A DNA stretch of 64,000 nt from Eledone cirrhosa. Lineage: Eukaryota. Numbering within the stretch: position 1 is the stretch's first letter; each line of letters begins with the position of its first letter. The DNA is taken from the NCBI GenBank assembly GCA_964016885.1, contig OZ024744.1, forward strand, positions 29,884,001 through 29,948,000, given 5' to 3'. Positions 56,770 through 64,000 of this stretch are shown here, in pieces. The notes beneath the pieces were generated by a model. It was given only the letters and a program-made list of their open reading frames with translations, was not told the DNA's origin and did no database searches. The translations under genes were made by a program, and so were the position numbers.

Positions 56770-57017
56770 AATGATATTAGAATGAAATAGTATGGTAGAA
56801 TATTAAATGTTAAGTGTTAATTGAACAAGTACTTTCATGCTTTCGCAATCTTCAGGTTCATATTCTGTGGTGACAGTACAAGTTTGCAATTTTCAATAGT
56901 TGAAAATTGCAAACTTGACTGTCACCACAAAATATGAACCTGAAGATTGCGAAAGCATGAAAGTACTTGTTCAATTAACACTTAACATTTAATATTCTAC
57001 CATACTATTTCATTATA
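56770..57017. repeat. Near-perfect palindrome (about 120-bp arms) with a hammerhead in each arm
   Basis: Centre CAAGTTTGCAATTTTCAA-TAG-TTGAAAATTGCAAACTTG at about 56879-56917. Confidence 0.9.
56935..56973 (+). ncRNA. Minimal type I hammerhead ribozyme
   Basis: TGAAC-CTGAAGA-TTGC GAAA GCAT-GAAA-GTAC-TT-GTTCA. Identical minus copy at 56822-56860. Confidence 0.88.
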
Positions 57018-57399
57018 ATTTGAATATGAACTTGAAGATTCCTTTAAGGTACACGCATCCTCCTTCAAGAAACAGGATAGGAACATAGGGAACCTTAGAA
57101 CCAAAGAAGGAATACTAATACCTAAACTTAACTCACAAATTAACAAGAAGTTAGGGCTTAGCACGCAATGCTTAGCATAAAAACACACACATGTAACTTT
57201 TGACAATAATCACACACGCATAATAGCTAACTGGAACAGACAGTTACAACTAAATGCACAGCATTTAACATAAACACGGACGTATACGCTGCCCAAACAC
57301 ATAACGTAATCCAGAATAACCAAATTATCCAATCTAATTACAACTTGACATGGAATTTGCAGCGAAAAAAATTGACATAAAAACAATGGTAATGTCTAA

Positions 57400-59850
57400 T
57401 CCATTAGACAAAATAACTTTGATATTACTATGGGATCGAACGAGTCAGCCCAAGTAACTGACATTGTCGGAATATATATAGCACATATCTTACATAAGGA
57501 ATTTGATAACCTACAAGGAGGAATCTATAGAGACGATACATTACTTTTAGCTAAAAACCTAAATAATCAAAACTTAGAAAGATTACGGAAAAGGATTAGA
57601 ACATTCTTTAATAAATTAGGCCTTAACAACACTTTTGAACTCAACTCTAAAAAAGCTAACTTCTTAGATGTAACACTTAACCTAAACACTGGACTAATAG
57701 AACCCTTCCATAAAAATAATGAAAATTTAGCTTACATTAATTATAACTCTAATCACCCTCGATCCATAATTAACTCCATAGCACATAGTATATCCCTTAT
57801 AATCTCGTGCTTATCATCTAATCTAGAGATTTTTAACGAATACGCTAACTACTACAACATAGCTTTACTTAAGGCAGGCCATAAAGAGAGACTCAAATAC
57901 ATACCAGATACAAAAAATAACAACACACTTATTAGAAATAACACTATCCACACCTATAGAAACAACAAATCTAGGACTAAACATAGAAATTGGCAACAAG
58001 CACGAGAATTAATGGAACAGAATACTTATATAAAGACCACTAGAAACTATAGAAGATGCAGAGATAGAAAGTACTTATGGTTCAATCCAATATTTAACTC
58101 CTCTATAAAAACAAAACTACCTTACACTTTCTTTAAATTAGTTGACAAACACTTCCCTAAACTTCATAAATATCATAAAATCTTTAATAGAAAAACTATC
58201 AAACTATCATACTCCACTGCCAACAACATAGAATCGCACATACATAAAATTAACTATAAGAGAATTTATAATACAAGTAGCCCGCAAAAAAGTACCATAA
58301 CACCAAATACAAAACACAAGCATATAACATCATCACAACCAAACACACGTCAGAACACATCACCACAATACATCAACAAACCCAATTCTCAGTCCATACA
58401 TAAAAACCTACAAAACCATATCGAAGAACCGATACATAGGAAGGCATCTAAATGTAACTCATCTACCTGATAAATGCCTATTACAAAATAGATGCCTGGA
58501 GTCAAATGTAGTGTACCTATGTACTATAAATTCAGGCAGCTTAGCATGGCACTACATAGGTTCCACAGCAGAGGAGTTCAAGAAAGGGTGGTATGTCCAC
58601 AGACACTCTATGAATATCAGGAAGCTCATGAATACAACAACACTCGCCAATAAAATCTGGCAACTCAAAGATGCAAACCTGGAATACAGAATCAGCTGGA
58701 TGAAGTTATCAACGGCAATAGCCTATAGAATTGGCATGTCCCACTGTGGTCTTTGTAATGTGGAACTTTTCCAAATTTTAAAATACAACAAAATGCTACT
58801 TAGAAAAATTGAAAGAACTATTTTCTGTAGGCATAAAACGGCGACCAAATTTGAAAACTTTAGACCAGCTTAATTCATCCCATCTATTCCATAACTCAAA
58901 TTGTACCACTTAGATCTATTATAATATCCTATTGTCATCATTATTATTATAATTGTCATTATCTGTCAATGAACCAACATCATAACCTTTTATATTTTAT
59001 ATTTATATTTTATATATCTCTCTCTTTCACTTTCTATCTTTCTATTTCTCTCCCTAAATTTATTTCATCTCTTGCATTTTATCTTATTTTATCTTATATT
59101 ATTTTCACTTCTAATATAATTTACAACTAATTAATCAAATAATTAATTAATTATATAATTAATTTATTAAAATAACCAACATACACATAAATATATTTAA
59201 CATTTTCATATTTGTACCTTCGTATCTCTATATTTTAACCACCAACACCACAACTACTCTCAATAATCTATGTTTACATTTCTTCGCACATAAACATTTT
59301 TTATTTATTTATTTTCATATTTTGTATTGTTCTGTATCATCCTTGATGTAACTTGTTTATTAGCACTTATTTATTAGCATTTATTCATTTATTAACATGT
59401 ATTCATCTATTGTTGATATCATTATTTTCCCTTTATTTTTCTTTACCTTTATTTCTTCTTTATCCTTTTCTCTCCTTTTTCTATCCTCTTTTCTTTCTGT
59501 CTTTTTTTCTCTATATATCTTTCTCAGTTTTCCATTTCCTTTTTCTTTTTTCTTTCTTTCTTTCTTTTCTCTATCTCTCTTTCCTTTTTCTGTCTCTATT
59601 TTTATTATTAATATTATTAATGATGCTATAATTTGAATTCATAAAATTACCAGCTATATAACAGTTATCTTCGATGATCTGATTAAGCTAACAAAGTTTT
59701 TGAAATTGAGTGGCACTGCTTCAAGGGTTCAGCAAATTTTAGACAACTTAATCAGTGAAACAATTGTCAGACTGTAAATAAAACACGTTTTTGTACTGTT
59801 GACCATGTTATTCTTCACTTTTTCAATTTTATTACTCAAAGATAAACTTA
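57400..59850 (+). mobile_element. Penelope-like element (Naiad-like), 5'-truncated; RT + GIY-YIG + AT-rich 3' region
   Basis: Motifs: MGSNESAQVTDIVGIY, GIYRDD, NFLDVTLNL, YINYNSNHP, LWFNP, IFNRKTIKLSYS. Frameshift near 58459, then NVVYLC, YIGST, CGLCNVE, CRHK. Stop at 58873. Confidence 0.88.
59661..59775 (+). ncRNA. Type I hammerhead-like motif with very long stem II
   Basis: ACAG(TTA)TCT-TCGATGA-TCTGATTAAG...CTTAATCAGT-GAAA-CAATTG-TC-AGACTGT. The core deviates at positions 3-4. Confidence 0.6.
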
Positions 59851-59963
59851 CATAGGAATACAAGTAAACCCCTTGTTGAGTCAAACAACGCCGTACGCTA
59901 AAACTATCCATAATACGAAGTATTCACAACCTCTAATTGGATTACCTATAACGATATTTTGTT

Positions 59964-60058
<95 letters not shown>

Positions 60059-60146
60059 ATAGGAAAAGGTATGACCCCGACCGCAGAGCTCAAGCAGTTT
60101 CGACGGCTATTTCTGGTCCATCTGGTTCCTTACCACAACTCCATCG

Positions 60147-60183
<37 letters not shown>

Positions 60184-60534
60184 AAGAATGAAGAGTAACA
60201 TGGTTGGCTGTACAATAAGGGGCTTTATTTCAAGTACTGACAATTATTTCGTTGATCACGTGAGTCTAGAGGTCGCTAAACGCTTGAAGTTGCGTCACTC
60301 GATCTCCAATACATTATTTACCTCATATAAGTTTATCCTGGGTTCAATCGGGAGTAACCACAGTAAGTAAGGTACACAATACATAGCAGAGTATAAATAT
60401 TTAATATAGAAAGACTTCTACAGGATTAGAACTGCTTCATTCTGTAGAAATCATCAGATAGAAACATCAGGCTTCCTGATGATTTCGAATGAAACAATTT
60501 TAGCCTTTCTATATTAAATATATATATATAACAT

Positions 60535-60780
60535 CTTTACCCTTTCGTGACACTTATTGCAGCAGTCCTACCTCTCCTGTAAAGGTAAGAGCTCTACTCT
60601 TTCGTGACACTTATTGCTGCAGCCCTACCTCCCCTGTAAAGGTTACAGCTCTACCCCTTCGTGACATTTATTGCAGCAGTCCTACCTCCCATGTAAAGGT
60701 AAGGGCTCTACCCTTTCGTAACACTTATTGCAAAGGTCCTACCTCCCTGTAAAGGTAACAATTTTACCCTTATGTGATAC
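60535..60780 (+). repeat. 57-bp minisatellite, about 4.3 copies
   Basis: CGTGACACTTATTGC recurs at 60546, 60603, 60660 and 60717. Confidence 0.9.
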
Positions 60781-61097
60781 TCTTAAAGCCAGGAACTTTT
60801 CAACTCCACCTCACAGATTTTATTCCCTTCCCATTCTCTTTATGATTTGAATTTTAACCTGTTTAACATTTCGTGTATTAATATATTTATTACCCTTTGA
60901 CCCTACTTTGAACCTTATAAATTAATCGTCCCCTTTTAAAATTAACCCTATTTATAATCTTATCTAAATTGATAATAATCAGAACATATTTATATATATA
61001 TATATATCTTGGTATTTGGATGTAAATATATATATATATTTCGTTTCTGAATTTGTTTAGCAAGATTCTTTATCTGAAATCGTGTGTTGAAACCGAT

Positions 61098-61363
61098 ATT
61101 GTTATACTTTGGGAGGGACATGTTGCCAATAAGAACCACACGCACCAGTTGGTTTCACTTCAATTTATTATAAGAGGTCACAGAATGTGTGACGAAAGAA
61201 CTTTGACAATATATAAACAACTATCTGGTTGTGGAACCAACCAACCAACCACATAAATTTATAAATTTATAAATTCCTAAATTTATAAATTTATTATAAT
61301 AAATTGAAGTGAAAGCAACTGGTGCGTGTGTTTCTTATTGGCAACATGACCCTCCCAAAGTAT

Positions 61364-61368
<5 letters not shown>
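61098..61368. repeat. Fold-back copy of the 62600-62810 repeat
   Basis: 61098-61172 is the reverse complement of 61296-61368. The sense copy starts inside the hammerhead core (AAGAGGTCAC) at 61172. Confidence 0.85.
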
Positions 61369-61420
<52 letters not shown>

Positions 61421-61519
61421 CAAAAGTTATATTTAAATTTGAAAATTAAATATCCAGCGAATTATCAACCGTCAAGGTTGTTTTCCACGGTTATATCACT
61501 ATTTATTAAACAAATTTTG

Positions 61520-61584
61520 TATTTTATCTGATGAAAGCGCACCAAGACTGCCTTGGTTGCCTTTGAAATATATATAATAAAATA
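61520..61584 (+). ncRNA. Type I hammerhead ribozyme
   Basis: TATTTTAT-CTGATGA-AAGCGCACCAAG ACTGC CTTGGTTGCCTTT-GAAA-TATATA-TA-ATAAAATA. Confidence 0.85.
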
Positions 61585-62014
61585 ATTATGGTTTTATAAA
61601 TATAGTTTCCATTTATTAATATATTGTATATATATATATATATAAATCAAGAAAGAAGAGTGACATGGTTTGCTATCCACTACTCGGAGTACCCTAACTG
61701 GACTACATCTAAGTGGACTACCTATAACAATAATTTGTTATCCCGTACGTATTTCTTCTAACTTTAATTTTATACCCAATTGTGTATGGTTGACGGTATA
61801 TTTAGTCGATTTCTACATGCTGTTGAAATGTTGGGTAAATATTCTATTGCGGTCGGTCGCGAAGAGGCTGCTGTCGTTTATTTATCAAATATTTCTTCAT
61901 AGGAGCCTTAATTCTTATAGCCTGGTCTAATTGATTTTTTATGTGGGTAATTATGGTAATTGGGAGAGGAAATGGTGTATATATTTTATCAAATGATTCT
62001 ATGGACATACTTTA

Positions 62015-62072
<58 letters not shown>

Positions 62073-62468
62073 ATAGAGGTGTAACACACAAGTTATTATA
62101 TTTTGGTAAACGGAATAGAAAATGCTGACAAATTGTTCACAGTTGAAAGATGGTTTAATTAGGAATAAAAGAGTATTAGTGATTGTATGGGTTAGTATTC
62201 AGTTGTGGTTTTAAGTTTTTAAGTTTTTACCGGTTGCGCATTTCTAAATACTTTTCAAAAATAATTTTGAGATAGAGTGTCCGTGTTGTTTGCTCTGATC
62301 TGATTAGTTTTGGGAATTCTACCTGTTTTTATGTTAAAAAAGTGGCTCCAGCGCTACTTGGTGTTGCAAAAATTCTTGTGGTCAAAACAATTTAGATTGG
62401 TCGGTAGAGGTCATGTGAATAAAAAATTGATTTTGCGCCAAGACTGAGAAATGACTCTTTCACAACAA

Positions 62469-62522
<54 letters not shown>

Positions 62523-62613
62523 TAGTAGTAGTAAAGTGTTCGATGTTGTGATAATGGTTAGCAGGGATGTTTGTCAAATGGCTATTAAGATAAAACAAAG
62601 AAAAGAATCCCTG

Positions 62614-62656
62614 GTCACTGAAGAGGTCACAGAATGTGTGACGAAAGAACTTTGAC
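62614..62656 (+). ncRNA. Minimal type I hammerhead ribozyme
   Basis: GTCA-CTGAAGA-G GTCAC AGAATGT GTGAC-GAAA-GAAC-TT-TGAC. Confidence 0.75.
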
Positions 62657-62804
62657 AATATATATAAACAACTATCTGGTTGTGGAACCAACCAACCAAC
62701 CATAAATTTATAAATTCCTTAATTTATTAATTTATTATAATAAATTGAAGTGAAAGCAACTGGTGCGTGTGTTTCTTATTGGCAACATGACCCTCCCAAA
62801 GTAT

Positions 62805-63195
<391 letters not shown>

Positions 63196-63214
63196 AATAA
63201 TAATAATAATAGCA

Positions 63215-64000
63215 ATAACCTTCTTTGAGAAAACTGAATTTAGAGATCCACAGACATGGAACTGGTTGAGAAGAGGAGACCTCAAAAAGGCTACAAAAGG
63301 AATGCTAATGGCTGTGCAAGAGCAGGCCCTCAAAACGAAGTGGTTGAAGCACCATATTTACAAGGAGGAGGCTAGCCCACTGTGCAGGATCTGTGGAGAG
63401 AGAGAGGAGACTGAGGCTCACATTGTGTCCGAGTGTAAACACCTAGCCCAGACCCACTATAAGGGCTGGAGACACGATGTGATGGGCAGGGTGATCCACT
63501 GGCACCTATGCAAAGTAAACAATTTACCACATTCTGAGAAATGGTATGAGCATAGGCCAGAGGCGGTGATGGAGAACAATCAGGTGAAGGTGCTGTGGGA
63601 TTTTAGGATACAGACGGACTAGAAACTGGAACACAATAGACCTGACCTGGTGGTTGTGGACAAAGAAAAAAGATCGTGTCTGATTGTGGATGTGGCCTGC
63701 CCGTTCGACACGAGAGTGCAAGAGAAGGAGAGGGAGAAAATTAACCGATACCAGGACCTAAAGTGGGAGGTGAAAAGGATTTGGAACTGCCATGAAGTCA
63801 AAGTGTTCCCGATTGTCATAGGCGCACTGGGGACTATCTCCAAAAGTTTCCAGGGATGGTTAAAGAAAATCGGCCCCTTCACGCTTTTTGGAAGGCTTCA
63901 AAAGGCATGCTTGCTTGGAACAGCAAGAACCCTCCGATACGTCCTGAATATCTGAGGCTGCAGGTAGTGGCTTGATATTCAATCCAACGGACTTTCCTGT
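63215..64000 (+). mobile_element. R4/Dong-like element 3' end (CCHC + RLE endonuclease), 5'-truncated, after (TAA)n
   Basis: Motifs: [76 protein letters not shown]. Stop at 63955. Confidence 0.9.

Noticed and set aside
57020-57180. Short frame resembling a GIY-YIG C-terminus (FKVH..LRTKEGILIPKLNSQIN)
   Set aside because: Too short and motif-poor to support a feature call.
58441-58500. Selenocysteine (UGA) recoding as reported for some Naiad elements
   Set aside because: The TGA at 58468-58470 results from a frameshift in the CxC motif, and the coding frame continues HLPDKCLLQNRC. The second Naiad-like copy uses normal Cys codons, and I saw no convincing SECIS.

Overview
This is a repeat-saturated eukaryotic window with no recognisable host gene. 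The SINE sequences resemble those I recall from octopus/cephalopods, so the organism call is an inference. It contains: R4/Dong-like RLE retrotransposon fragments; four L1-clade Tx1-like retrotransposons of two subfamilies; one RTE LINE with C-terminal C2H2 fingers, interrupted by a Tx1 copy with a 10-bp TSD; three coding Penelope-like (RT + GIY-YIG) relics; tRNA-derived SINEs; a non-autonomous Helitron; and about 12.5 kb of a 21/17-bp pyrimidine-strand satellite (CCTTACTATCTTTCCTTCCTT) split by two co-oriented Tx1 copies. The strongest unexplained signal is a set of about a dozen different short non-coding elements carrying minimal type I hammerhead ribozyme folds, several with variant cores including the U3:A8 covariation. 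Many sit in (TA)n as head-to-head fold-backs with both 3' ends pointing outward. A second candidate is a conserved AG|GTAAGT donor on the Tx1 ORF1 stop codon whose use would fuse ORF1 to ORF2 in frame. All alignments and folds were done by eye, and boundaries are approximate unless stated.
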